Positions 37,554 to 49,199 of a stretch of 64,000 bases of DNA are shown here, piece after piece (positions within the stretch are counted from its first letter, which is position 1; each line of letters begins with the position of its first letter). Made by a program: the position numbers and the translations under genes. The notes below the pieces were generated by a model. That model saw nothing but the letters and a program-made list of their open reading frames with translations. It made no database searches and was not told the origin of the DNA. The DNA is from an uncultured delta proteobacterium (GTDB taxonomy: Bacteria > Desulfobacterota > Binatia > UBA9968), in the NCBI GenBank assembly GCA_963745835.1, contig CAVUZH010000025.1:64001-128000 (forward strand). Direction: 5' to 3'.

Positions 37554-38344
37554 GTGAGCAGAACATTTGATGCCTTGAAGAAGGCAGAAGCCGTCGCGAA
37601 AACTAAACAGCTCGTTGAAGGCAAGAAAAACTCGGCGCGTCAGCTTCCAGGCGTTGAGCGTTTTTAAGGAAAAAAAGCGCCCGATTACAATCGACTTCGA
37701 TTTAGATCCCTATATCGAGGAGCAATATCACAGACTTCGCCGGCACCTTCTGCCAAATTCAAAACGCGCCGCAGTCAAGGTCGTGATGGTGGCTGCCACC
37801 GATCATGGCGAGGGATGCACTACAACGGCAGCGATTCTGGCATCTACATTGGCGCGGTCGGGCAACTCGAAGATACTTCTCGTCGATGCAAACCTTAGAA
37901 CTCCCGCTCTAGATGAGGTATTCGAACCAGGGCACGCCTATAAGCTGATTGGATTGTCCGATAAAGTCTTATCCCACGCGCCGTTGGATCAGACCATCTA
38001 CGAGACCGATATTCCCAACTTATTTTTTATGCCATGTGGCAAGGCAGTGGCGTCGCCATCCTATGTATTCGCCAGCGAACCGATCACCGAAATGCTGTCG
38101 ACGCTTGCGCGAGCAATTCGACTTCGTCATTTTCGACGGTTCGCCTTTGCGTGATTATTCGGAATCGTGCTTTCTTGCCGAAAAGATGGACGGCGTCATT
38201 TTGGTCGTCGAAGCAGAACGCACCAAAGCTGAAGTTGTTCGCAAGATCCGAAAAGATCTCGAATCAACGGGAGTAAATATACTCGGAGTGGTGTTAAATA
38301 AGAAAAAGAATTACATCCCTGAGTATCTCGAGCGTTTCCTATAG
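37554..38344 (+). CDS. Stand-alone CpsD/CapB-type BY-kinase homologue with degenerate Walker A, frameshifted
   Basis: MSRTFDALKKAE start, GEGCTT, LLVDANLRTP, FDFVIFDGSP, DGVILVVEAERT, ILGVVLNK. Confidence 0.85.
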
Positions 38345-38540
38345 AAGACTCCGTTCCCAATTCCTATTCCGTCGGACACCAAGGGCAACATTACGGCCTT
38401 TGATCTGCTCGATAATCGATACTGATTTTCGACTCCGGAATTTCATTGAACGTTGGCCAATGCGGCACGAACCGAGTTGGCGTCGTATCTTCGCCCGAAC
38501 ATTCGAACTGAAGGTCTAGGGAAAGAGAAACTGAAGGGCT

Positions 38541-39516
38541 ATGATCAACAATCAGCCATTGGTCACAATCGCCATACCAACATATAATAGAGCCGACAAT
38601 TATTTCCCCTCGGCTCTCCGAAGCGCGCTAAGCCAAACGTATTCCAATATTGAAATCGTCGTATCCGATAACTGCTCCACCGATGGTACCCAGGCGATGG
38701 TTAGGGGTATCGGTGATCCAAGAATTAGATACTTCAGGCATGATCCCGGCATCGGGCAAAAGAACAATTATAATTTTTGTTTTGAGCAGGCAAAAGGAAG
38801 CTACGTCCTTTTGTTACATGATGATGACGTCATTGACGACGATTTTGTCTCGTCATGCATGCACGCTTCCGGAGGCACTGCCGAAGCCGGCATCATTCGT
38901 ACAGGGATGAGGACAATCAATGCGGACGGCGATATCATCGATCAAGTCACCAATGACGTCGTGGGGCTTCCCCTCGAGGCTTTTTTTCGCTGTTGGTTGG
39001 CGGGGAAAACGCCGATCTATTGTTGCAATACATTATTCAACACTCGCCGATTGAGGGAGGTCGGCGGGTTCGCATCGAGACACTTCTGTTATCCGGACAC
39101 AATGGCTATTTTCCGTCTCGCAGCTCAATATCGGACGGATCGATATACCCGAGGTCAAGGCAAGTTTTCGCTTTCACGGCGATCAAGCTGGATTTTCGAG
39201 AAGAATCTCCGAATGGTGTGAGGATTCTCTGGATCTGCTCCACCTCATGTGCGACCTGGCTCCGCAGAGCAGGGAGCAAATCCTGAAAGAGGGAGCGCGG
39301 TGTTTTGCTAGGGGCAATTATGACAGAGCAAACTGCGCCCGTTCGCCGTGGGAACGCGCGGTCGCCACTATGAAAGTCATGAGATATTTTCGCTATCGCC
39401 AACTGCCGTCGGTCAATCTCATCATTCACATCCTGTATGGAACGCGCTTGTACAATGCTCTTCGAATCATAAAACGTTGTGCGGTACGTCCGTTACGCGC
39501 TATTGCCGCACGTTAA
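38541..39516 (+). CDS. GT2 glycosyltransferase (one frameshift)
   Basis: VTIAIPTYNR, VSDNCSTDGT, LHDDD. Confidence 0.88.
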
Positions 39517-39534
39517 CCAAAGCCTCAGCACATC

Positions 39535-41497
39535 ATGTGTGGAATTTGTGGTTCATTGAACTTCGGCGGCCAGTCTGAGCAAGACAAGGCTGCTATTATT
39601 GGCCTCATGAAGCTGATGCGGCGGCGAGGCCCCGATGACAGTGGTCTCTGGGCGGACGAACCATACTGCGTCTTTGGTTTTCAACGGCTGTCGATCATCG
39701 ATTTGTCCACAAACAGGTCATCAGCCAATGACAACACCTAATGGCCGTTACGCGATCATCTACAACGGAGAAGTTTACAATTTTCCGGAACTTCGACAAG
39801 AACTTCAGCAAAAGGGAATAAGATTTCGTTCATCTGGGGATACTGAAGTCGTTCTCCAGGCGCTCGCGCTATGGGGTAAAGACGCACTTCGTCGGTTTAA
39901 TGGTATGTTTGCTCTGGGGTTCTACGACGCTTTAGAAAAACGTTTGCTGCTCGCCCGGGATCATGCGGGCATCAAACCTCTTTACTACCTCATGACTTCC
40001 AAAGGGCTGGTCTTCGCCTCTCAATATGATCAGATCATGGCACATCCGTGGGCGAAAACACTCGATGTGTCTGAAGAGGGTTTAGCGACTCTATCTTCGA
40101 CTCGGATATATTCCCGCGCCTTATGCTATCCTTAAAAACACCTACATGCTGGAGCCGGGCGCCTGGCTCGAACTGGATCGTAAGGGTCAAGCAAAGAGCG
40201 GCAAGTTTTTTGAGTTCCCGGTTTACGAACGAAGCGAGCCTGCGGGGGGGAGAAGCTTACGAGGCCGTTGATGCCGCGGTGACGCGGGCTGTGCGCCGCC
40301 AACTTGTGAGCGATGTTCCCGTGGGCACATTTCTTTCTGGCGGAATCGATTCCCCGCTGGTCGCCGCCAAAGCCAGGGCGGCGAGTAATGACACGGTTCG
40401 TTGTTTCACCATCGGCACAAATGGCGATGAACTGGACGAATCCGATGATGCAGAAGCGTACGCTCAACAGATCGGCGTCGAGCATATCGTTGAGCACACC
40501 ACACCGCAGATGGCATTCGATATGTTGGACGACGTCGTCACTTCATGCGGTGAACCGTTCGCCGATTACTCCGTTTTTCCGACAATGCGCGTCGCCCGTC
40601 TTGCGCGGCGCCATGTCAAAGTCATTCTTTCGGGAGATGGCGGAGACGAACTCTTCTGGGGTTACCCGAGCCGGTTCGTTTCGCCTCTAAAATACTCCGC
40701 CGACTTTCGTCAACCTCAATGGTTTCGAACATTGCGCTGGGGCTGGGCTAGGATTATAGCCGATGGCAACGGCCGCCATGATCTTCGCTATAAATCCATT
40801 GGGCAGCTATACCGCGCATGGCCACTCCCGCATCGACGAAATGACCCTGAAACAGGTTTTTCCCGATGTCGCACCGTGGCCTAGTGATTTTGGTTTATTT
40901 GACTATAACGGTTGTGAGCCCAATCATGTGGCGCAATGGCTGCGTTGGAACGAATTCGTGAGTCATCTGACAATGGTCCTCTTGAAAGTGGATCGAGCGA
41001 GCATGTTTCACTCCCTCGAAGTACGCGTACCCTTGCTAGACCGGGAAGTTATCGATGTGGCCTCCCGCGTGGATTGGCGCTCTTGTCTGGATCTCGATCG
41101 GAATCTGGGAAAACTACCGCTGCGACATGCGTTGGCGCGCCACGTTGGACGTCCGACAGAGACGAAACGCGGCTTCGAGGCGCCCATGAAGGTTTGGCTC
41201 AAAGGCCCGTTGAAAGATATTTTTCAACAAGCGGTGATCGAGCGACAAGAAGTTCTCGGGCTGCCGGTCAATCGGGCCAAGGTAACGGCGATGTATCAAG
41301 AACACAGAGCAGGAATGAGGGATCATACTCGAGCGTTGTGGACGCTCTTGAGCCTCGCTTTGTGGGAAAAAAGGCACTATCGCAGGAGGGAAAGTACCGG
41401 ACAAGTGGACTCGGTTTCGGATTACAGGGTTCGCGGCTCCTCTGGGGAAGACGCGAACTCGAAGCCCAAGCCCTATATCGGCGGATCGAACTGTTGA
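39535..41497 (+). CDS. asnB: Asparagine-synthetase-like glutamine amidotransferase (copy 1), about 3 frameshifts
   Basis: MCGICG, RRGPDD, YNGEVYN, FLSGGIDS, LSGDGGDELF, KVDRASMFHSLEVRVPLLD. Confidence 0.9.
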
Positions 41498-41505
41498 GCG
41501 ATGCC

Positions 41506-42769
41506 ATGAGAATTGCGGTTATCGTCAGCGGATTCCCGTCGCTGTCTGAGACCTTTATACTGCGTCAAATCACCGGTTTGATCGACAGAGGCCATGAGGT
41601 AGATATATTCGCCGGCAGTGCAGGCAATGATCCTGTAAGACACCCTGACGTTGACAAATACCGCCTGCTGTCTCGGACATCATTATCTAACCCAGTGCGC
41701 GTGCTCCGAAGCCGCACCGCTTCGAGCTCTTAAACGTTTGGGCTTGATCTTCGCAAACTTTCACAAAAACCCAACGGTAGTTCTAAGGACGTTCAACGTT
41801 GCCGCTTATGGCAAAGCAGCTGCTGTTTCTTCAGATTCTGTGTCAAATCGTACCCTTTTTGGATAAAGATCCGTATGACATTCTTCATTGTCAGTTTGGT
41901 CCGATTGGAGAATTCGGTCTTCTTCTGAGGGACACCGGCGTTTTTCATGGAAAGATTGTCACTTCCTTCCGCGGGTTCGATATTTCTTCTTACGTAAAAG
42001 AGCAGGGGGAGAACACTTATCAGGACCTGTTTAGGAGGGGTGATCTCTTCCTCTGCGTCAGCGAACACATAAAAGCCGATTTGATAAGACTCGGTTGTGA
42101 TCGCGAAAAGATCATTGTGCATAGATCGGGTATAGACCCGAACACATTCACCGTCATACCGCGAGAGCCGAAAAAGGGCGGCAAGACTACGATATTAACC
42201 GATCGCACGGCTTGTCGAAAAGAAAGGCGTGGAATATGGCATCAAGGCGATTGCAAAGATCGTTAAAAAGTATCCTCACATTGAATACAAAATAGCCGGT
42301 GACGGGCCGTTAAGGGACAAGTTGCAGCTCTTAATGAAAGGAACTGAACGTCGGGGACAAAATCGAGTTACTCGGATGGAGGTCGCAGGATCAAATTGCC
42401 GAACTACTGGAAAGGTCAGATATCCTCTTGGCTCCGAGCTTCACGAGCAGCAAAGGCGATCAGGAGGGTATTCCGGGGGTGATCATGGAAGCATTCGCTA
42501 CCGGACTGCCTGTGGTAAGCACGGAGCATGCTGGCATACCCGAGCTAGTTCAAGACGGAGCCTCAGGATTTCTCGTACCGGAAAAAGACGTCAATGCTTT
42601 AGTAGAAAAATTAGAAATTCTGATTGAGCAACCGCAACTGCGCTACGAAATGGGGCGAACCGGACGAAAGTTCGTCGAAGAATACTACAATATCGAGACT
42701 CTCAATAATCGACTCGTAGAAGTATATCAGCAACTACTTCGGGGCGAATTTGCGCCCGCTCACCTTTGA
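41506..42769 (+). CDS. GT4 glycosyltransferase, WcaL-like, frameshifted
   Basis: FPSLSETFILRQITGLIDRGHEV, HCQFG, SFRGFDIS, GDQEGIPGVIMEAFATGLPVVST. Confidence 0.85.
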
Positions 42770-42950
42770 CAGCCGACTGAGACGTCGATTCCATCACATT
42801 CGATCTCTCACAATGTTGCATCCAGCTAACCGCGTTATGGCTTGAGCGTTCAGTGGAGGTAAAGTCATTCTTCGCTGAGCTGCTGTGCTATTTCGACCTG
42901 AGAAACAGTCTGTTTACCGGGTATCGGATGGATCTAATAAAACGTTTATC

Positions 42951-44401
42951 ATGAAATCCGTAATTATGATCGCCTACAACTTTGCTCCCGAAGGAAATGC
43001 CGGAGCGCACCGGCCACTTCGTTTCGTGCGTCATCTTCCGTCCGAGGGATGGAAACCAACAGTTGTTACGGTCGAAACTAAATCGTTCGAAAGGTATGAT
43101 CTTTCGCTGCTGGCCCAGGTTCCCCGTGACGTAGAAGTGATTCGCGTCGCTAATCGGGATCCATGGTTGGTGTTGCAAGAGCGACGAACGAAACGGTGCA
43201 AAGAAGAAACTCTAGTCTCACTCCAGAAGAGCTCACAAAAATCGAGACAGCACAGAAGGCTCCGTTTCGCTCGCTCGTCAGAGAAGCGATCCGAACGGTC
43301 GAGAGTTGGTGCTATCACCCAGATCCCGTGATGGGATGGATTCGACCGGCTGTAAAGACGATCAGAGAACTTCAAGCTCGGCAATCGGTGGACGTGATTT
43401 TGGCGACGGGGGGACCTTGGTCTTCGTTCATCGTGGCTGAGCGCGCGTCCCGGCTGACGGGTGTGCCTTATGTTCTAGATTTCCGTGACGCTTGGACATT
43501 GACGTGGGAACCTTTTACCGGCAGGCGGCCGTTCTGGGCCACTCTATACGACAGGCGGACGCTGTATCGGTTACTTAAGAACGCACAAGCGATCATTTTC
43601 CGATATGAGACGGAAGCCGAATGTTACTGGCGTGCATATCCTGGTGCGTTGGATCCACAAAGGATTCACCTGATCCCGAATGGCTTCGATGGCACTCTCG
43701 ATGAGCCTAAAACAGTTCGCGGAGAAAAGTGCCAAATTCTTTATACCGGGACTTTATCCTATTACCGTTACGACACGCTGCTTGACGCACTAGAGCGTCT
43801 GAAAAAGGACGACGGGAGCCGTATCCGACAACTTCGGCTTCTGTTTGTCGGAGAACAGTCGGACTCGCTTTATGCAGAGGCAGCCAAACGCGGCCTATCG
43901 GACGTAGTCATTCCTTCGCCCCCAGTTTCACATGCAGAGATTTTGAACCTTCAACGGGAGTCTGACGCGCTTTTAATGCTCGAGCGCGAACAGACCATGA
44001 AAGGACATGAACTTCTAGCGGGGGCTAAACTCTTCGGTTACCTGAAAGCCGGGCGTCCTATCGTCGGGATCTTGCCGGACGGCGAGGCGAAAAAAATCCT
44101 GCGGGGGGTGGGTGTCTCAACCTTAGCTGATGTAAAGTCTGTCGACGGAATTACGAAGCTTTTTCACCGCATCCTTCGCGCTTGGGAGGAGCAAAGCCTA
44201 TCATCTCTTGTGCCGAACCCTATCGCCTGCGCTGCTTTCTCAGCTGAAAAACAAGTAGCGGTTCTGACGCGTGCTCTCGAAGCGCAGACGCCAAGGGAGC
44301 AGTTTGTACCCGGTCTGGCGGAGGTGCCTGCATCTCTTCGTGATATGATCGGAGACCGTGGTTGGGTACATGCCGCCGAACGATTTCCGTTGCTGCCGTG
44401 A
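42951..44401 (+). CDS. GT4-like glycosyltransferase (one frameshift)
   Basis: IAYNFAPEGNAGAHR, DFRDAW, IPNGFD, KLFGYLKAGRPI. Confidence 0.8.
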
Positions 44402-44514
44402 TCAAATTACGGATTCGGTAATTACGCCATGACGCCTCGAAACGTCTCACGAGATCGTTCTAGGACGGCTGATTCGTTTCTGCAGTCAACGATCGCGTGT
44501 GGTCTGGGGAGACA

Positions 44515-45225
44515 ATGAGCTATCTTCAAACACCTGTGTCACGGCCGACGATACTCGGTCGAAATGATTCAGCCCAATACCGAGAATCAGACGAGATTGA
44601 AGTCCAAACCGAGAACCACAAGCACTTTTGTGATCGTTTGCGTCAGCTCAGCCTTTCCGCTGGAGAGCGAATAGCGGCCGTAGATCTGGGTTGTGGAACG
44701 GGCCGTTATTTTCATTGCCTTCAAAACGTCGAAACATTGATCGGTGTTGATGTCTCGTGGGAAATGGCCAAGCAGGCCCGTTCTCCGGTGAGGGGTGAGG
44801 CCGTCACGATTGGCGGCATTAATCTGATTGCTGCAGATGTTTTGGATATTCATCTGCGTGGATCCTTTGATTTAATTTATTCTATCGGTGTTTTTGGTGA
44901 ACTCGTTCCGTGGGACATTGCGATTTGTAATAGATTGCATGATTGGCTCAAACCTGGTGGCAAGTTGTTTTTTACCGTTGTCGATGTTTTATCGAAATAT
45001 TCTTACATGTCGAATAAAAGAAAGGTGGCGGAAACGGTGAATTTGCTTTTGCCGTCACTGTGGAAGAGAAAATTACGAGAACGGCTCGGAACGTACTATG
45101 TGACGAAAAGAGAAATCATCACTATTTTTCGAAAGAGCAAATTTCGAGATTTCGAAACTCGAGGGCATGTTTCCACAGCGTCGTTATGGAAGGGCGCTCA
45201 TTACGAATGTTTGGCTACCAAATAG
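44515..45225 (+). CDS. Class I SAM-dependent methyltransferase
   Basis: VDLGCGTGR, GVDVSWEM, FDLIYSIG, LKPGGKL. Confidence 0.88.
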   Translation: MSYLQTPVSRPTILGRNDSAQYRESDEIEVQTENHKHFCDRLRQLSLSAGERIAAVDLGCGTGRYFHCLQNVETLIGVDVSWEMAKQARSPVRGEAVTIGGINLIAADVLDIHLRGSFDLIYSIGVFGELVPWDIAICNRLHDWLKPGGKLFFTVVDVLSKYSYMSNKRKVAETVNLLLPSLWKRKLRERLGTYYVTKREIITIFRKSKFRDFETRGHVSTASLWKGAHYECLATK

Positions 45226-45273
45226 TGTGGTCCGATAAAAATGAACCTTTCATCTCGACTCCTCAGGTGACAA

Positions 45274-46701
45274 ATGTCGATTGATAGCGATGTGTTCATC
45301 GTAAGATCCGTGCCGCGATATCCAGCATTTCCTTATGACATTGATGATTCTCTGCTGAACGCGCTGCGATTGCTTTTTTCAATGTGGGGTAAAGACCCAC
45401 AGAATCCATTCAAAGAGTGGCTCGGGCCGGGCTCTCGGGTTGTCATTAAACCCAACTGGGTTCTTCACCACAGTCCGAATGAGAAGGGTTGCGATGCTCT
45501 CGTCACGCACACGTCACTGATAAAACACATTATCGACCTGCTCGCCATTGCCTTAGGGGGAAACGGCTCAATTATCATCGGCGACGCTCCGCTTCAGAGT
45601 TGCGATTTTCAGGCCCTTATAACGGAAACCCGAATTGCAGAAGTTGTAAATGATGCCCGTAAAAAATACCCGGGTCTCGATATCAGGATCGAGGACTGGC
45701 GGCTCACGGTGTTTGAAAATCTGAGCGCTGCTCAGAAACGGAATGCTGATTATGACAACTCGATTTTAAAGGATTATCAAATAGTCGATCTCGGTGCGGA
45801 TAGTTTTCTCGAAGACATTTCGGACTACGCCGATAAATTCAGGGTCACCTGCTACGCGCCGCATCTCATGGCTGCGCACCATCAGAAAGGAAAGCACGAA
45901 TATCTGGTGACCCGGAAAGTGTTCGATGCCGATCTGCTCATTAATTTACCTAAGATGAAAACCCATATAAAGGCGGGTCTTACCGGCGCTCTGAAGAATC
46001 TCGTCGGCATTAATGGTCATAAAGAGTTCCTTCCGCATCATATACTGGGCGCTAGTGAAAACGGCGGAGATTGCTACTACAAGGGCAACAGCTTACGAAA
46101 CCTGTACGACGCCGCATATGATAGATTTTGGACACGATACGAGGAGTTGTCGGAATCTCGACGTAAGTTAGGTACCTTGATGCTCGGCGGGCTCTGGCGC
46201 GCGTCTCGGATCGTAACTGGCGACTCAACATCAGCGGGAAGCTGGTTCGGCAATGAGACAATCTGGCGCATGACGCTCGACCTGAATCATCTTCTTTATT
46301 TCGGCCATCACGCACCAAAACAGATCATCTCGATCGTCGATGGTATCATTGCTGGCGAAGGAGAAGGTCCGCTCACCCCTTCACCGAAGCCCACGGGATT
46401 ACTCGTCGGCGGCGAAAATCCTGCGTATGTTGACGCGGCTTTGGCGCAGTTAATCGGATATAACATCTCGCGGGTGCCGACGATTTATCAGGCCATCTAT
46501 CATCGAAAGTCGCAGTTCGGCGGACCGTACCTCGAAAATTTTACTACCCACTTCTGGAAAGAGGGTGAGGCGAAGATTGTTCCGCTTCAGGAGCTGCCGG
46601 ATCTCAACTTCACTAAACCAGAGCATTGGAAGCGAGCAGCCAGACCACTGATAAATTTGCTGCCCGCGACTGCCGGTTCATCGATCACTGAACACGCATG
46701 A
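45274..46701 (+). CDS. DUF362 domain protein
   Basis: VVIKPNWV, LINLPKMKTHIKAGLTGALKNLVG, IVDGIIAGEGEGP. Confidence 0.85.
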   Translation: MSIDSDVFIVRSVPRYPAFPYDIDDSLLNALRLLFSMWGKDPQNPFKEWLGPGSRVVIKPNWVLHHSPNEKGCDALVTHTSLIKHIIDLLAIALGGNGSIIIGDAPLQSCDFQALITETRIAEVVNDARKKYPGLDIRIEDWRLTVFENLSAAQKRNADYDNSILKDYQIVDLGADSFLEDISDYADKFRVTCYAPHLMAAHHQKGKHEYLVTRKVFDADLLINLPKMKTHIKAGLTGALKNLVGINGHKEFLPHHILGASENGGDCYYKGNSLRNLYDAAYDRFWTRYEELSESRRKLGTLMLGGLWRASRIVTGDSTSAGSWFGNETIWRMTLDLNHLLYFGHHAPKQIISIVDGIIAGEGEGPLTPSPKPTGLLVGGENPAYVDAALAQLIGYNISRVPTIYQAIYHRKSQFGGPYLENFTTHFWKEGEAKIVPLQELPDLNFTKPEHWKRAARPLINLLPATAGSSITEHA

Positions 46702-48053
46702 AGCCTTCTCTTTTGAGACGATTGATTCTGCCGGCATGGCAGCGGGCGAAAGGGCAGAATAGCTTAGAGCTATTGCCTTACTTGGATAAGACCCAATGGC
46801 TACCACGCGATGAACTTGAGGGTTTGCAGTGGCGACGAGTTGCTGCTCTGTTGGAACATGCTTATGAGCACGTCCCGTATTATCGAGAGCTCATGCGCGA
46901 GAGGCAGATCGTTCCCGAGTCGCTTGTTCGAAGGCGTTCATTGGAGACGTTGCCTCTTTTGGATCGTCAAATCATAAACCAGCAGCGCGATAGACTTCGC
47001 GCCACAAACGTCCGAGCCGAACGGTTCGTGCCAAACGGCACCGGCGGTTCGACAGGCGAGCCGCTTCTTTTTTTCGATGACGGGGACCAAGCGGGATGGT
47101 CGGAAGCGGCGGTGTGGCGCTCGCACCGTTGGTATGATGTTGATGTTGGTGAGCGGTGTGCGTATCTCTGGGGCGCGAACTTCGATTTGAGCGAGTTTCA
47201 GGGGTTCAGTGGGCGGCTCAAATCGCGTGTGTTGAATTTATTGATGCTGCCGGCGTGGGAACTAAGTGAACCAACCGCATCGCTGTTCTGGAAACAACTC
47301 TGCGAGTTCCAACCGCGATTGTTAGTAGCCTATACCGGTGCATTGCATCATTGGGCGCGTCTGCTGGGCGATGACCGCGATCCAGTCCCTGGCCTTTCCG
47401 CGATCATCGTCTCGGCCGAAATGTTATACGAGGAAACGCGTCGCGTCATCGAGAATTGTTTCAAGGTGCCGGTTTACAATCGCTACGGCGGACGAGATTT
47501 ACATTTCGTCGCGCAAGAATGCCGGGCACAAAATGGGTTGCACATGAACTCAGAGAACTTGCTCGTGGAGATTGTCAAAGATGGACGGCAAGTTCCGCCG
47601 GGAGAGTTGGGGGAAATTGTCATTACCCGGCTGGATAATTTCGTGATGCCTTTTGTGAGATATAGAAGTGGGGATTTGGGCGTTATGAACAATGATGTTT
47701 GCGAATGCGGACGGTCACTTCCGCTGCTGGAAAAAATCGAGGGTCGGGTGCAAGACGCGATTGTCACGGTCGAGGGTAGAATAATCTCGGGACCCTTCTT
47801 CGCACACGTAATGAAAGATTGTCCCGACGTCAGGGAGTTTCAAGTTCACCAGCTTGCCATCAGTCGACTGCTTATTGTGATTGTTCTTCAGGGCGAACGG
47901 CAGTTCGTCAGCCGGTCGAGAATCGAGCGCATCGCTCAGCAGTACATGGGACGTAACATGCAGATCGAGTTCGACGTCCGTGACAGCATTCCGCTGACTC
48001 GCACCGGCAAGCGGCGCGTCATAGTTTCACATCTGAGTGCCAGTGCGGCATGA
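46698..48053 (+). CDS. Phenylacetate-CoA-ligase-family adenylate-forming protein (CapK-like)
   Basis: HAYEHVPYYR, TGGSTGEP, NRYGGRD, PFVRYRSGDLG, IEGR. Confidence 0.88.
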   Translation: MKPSLLRRLILPAWQRAKGQNSLELLPYLDKTQWLPRDELEGLQWRRVAALLEHAYEHVPYYRELMRERQIVPESLVRRRSLETLPLLDRQIINQQRDRLRATNVRAERFVPNGTGGSTGEPLLFFDDGDQAGWSEAAVWRSHRWYDVDVGERCAYLWGANFDLSEFQGFSGRLKSRVLNLLMLPAWELSEPTASLFWKQLCEFQPRLLVAYTGALHHWARLLGDDRDPVPGLSAIIVSAEMLYEETRRVIENCFKVPVYNRYGGRDLHFVAQECRAQNGLHMNSENLLVEIVKDGRQVPPGELGEIVITRLDNFVMPFVRYRSGDLGVMNNDVCECGRSLPLLEKIEGRVQDAIVTVEGRIISGPFFAHVMKDCPDVREFQVHQLAISRLLIVIVLQGERQFVSRSRIERIAQQYMGRNMQIEFDVRDSIPLTRTGKRRVIVSHLSASAA

Positions 48054-48062
48054 TCAGATCGA

Positions 48063-49130
48063 TTGATCCTTCGAAGTGTAGGGACAAAAAATACTGTGGC
48101 TGCCGTTCACATGCTCACGACAGCCGACGAGAATATCGCCGGCTACAGCGGAGCGGACTTTCGCAGGCTTTCTGCGGCCGCGGCCTGCGACAGATTCGGA
48201 AAACATCAACTTGTTGAGTCTCCCGAGCAGGCAGACATCATTCTCTTCGTTGGTTCGACCTATCCGGACCACCGAGATGTTAGATCGCATCCGCTTTTGC
48301 GCCTCTACGCGAACAAATGTTTTCTGTTCCAATCCGACGATTACGTCATCCCATTCCTGCCGGGCGTCTATGTGAACATAGCTAAACGTTGGTACAGCGA
48401 CCGCACTGTCACCGGGCCTTACCTGCAGATGACCCAGTGGGAAGATGTGCCTTATATCCCATCGCTCGCTGGCTGCAAATTCCTGTTTTGTTTTGTCGGC
48501 TCCACGAGGACTCACGGTGTAAGACGACGGCTAATGGGCTTAAAGCATCCCCGTGCCTACCTCGAAGACACAAGTGCGTTGGTACCATCGACTGAATGTA
48601 ATAAAGCATTTGTCATGGTTGAGTACCAACAAGGCGCCAAAACGCATTATGGAGAAATCATCAGCAGGAGCAAGTTTGTACTTTGCCCGCGCGGATATGC
48701 CTGCTCAACCTGGCGGCTTTTTGAAACTATGAAGGCTGGCAGAGTACCGGTTATCGTTTCAGACCAATGGGTCCCGCCCGCGGGTCCTGCCTGGGAAACC
48801 TTTAGCATCCGGGTCAAGCAGAATCAGGTCGGTCGTATACCGTCACTTCTGGAAGAATATGAATCCGAAGCCGAGGCGATGGGCGGGCGGGCCAGAGCTA
48901 CTTGGGACGAGTGGTTCTCTAGGGAGACGGTTTTTCATAGAGTTGTAGAATGGTGCTTGAGTCTGAAGCACCGGTCGCAGGACGCGAACGTCAGCTCTAT
49001 TATGCCATATGTCCAATTACTGCGGCCGTTTTACTTGCGACACGTGCTACTTCCCGAGATTAAGCTGGGACTTTCACATCACATGCTCGGAGTTCAGCGG
49101 TTTCTCTCCGGGCGTTTTTTTTGGAGCTAG
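48063..49130 (+). CDS. Exostosin-family (GT47) glycosyltransferase
   Basis: FLFCFVGS, SKFVLCPRG...TWRLFETMKAGRVPVIVSD.W..P; start may be 48111. Confidence 0.8.
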   Translation: MILRSVGTKNTVAAVHMLTTADENIAGYSGADFRRLSAAAACDRFGKHQLVESPEQADIILFVGSTYPDHRDVRSHPLLRLYANKCFLFQSDDYVIPFLPGVYVNIAKRWYSDRTVTGPYLQMTQWEDVPYIPSLAGCKFLFCFVGSTRTHGVRRRLMGLKHPRAYLEDTSALVPSTECNKAFVMVEYQQGAKTHYGEIISRSKFVLCPRGYACSTWRLFETMKAGRVPVIVSDQWVPPAGPAWETFSIRVKQNQVGRIPSLLEEYESEAEAMGGRARATWDEWFSRETVFHRVVEWCLSLKHRSQDANVSSIMPYVQLLRPFYLRHVLLPEIKLGLSHHMLGVQRFLSGRFFWS

Positions 49131-49199
49131 GCTGCTGCAGAGCGAAGATGTTGCATTCGCGAAAGTGGCGCTCCGCCTAAGAATAAAGGATACGTTAAC

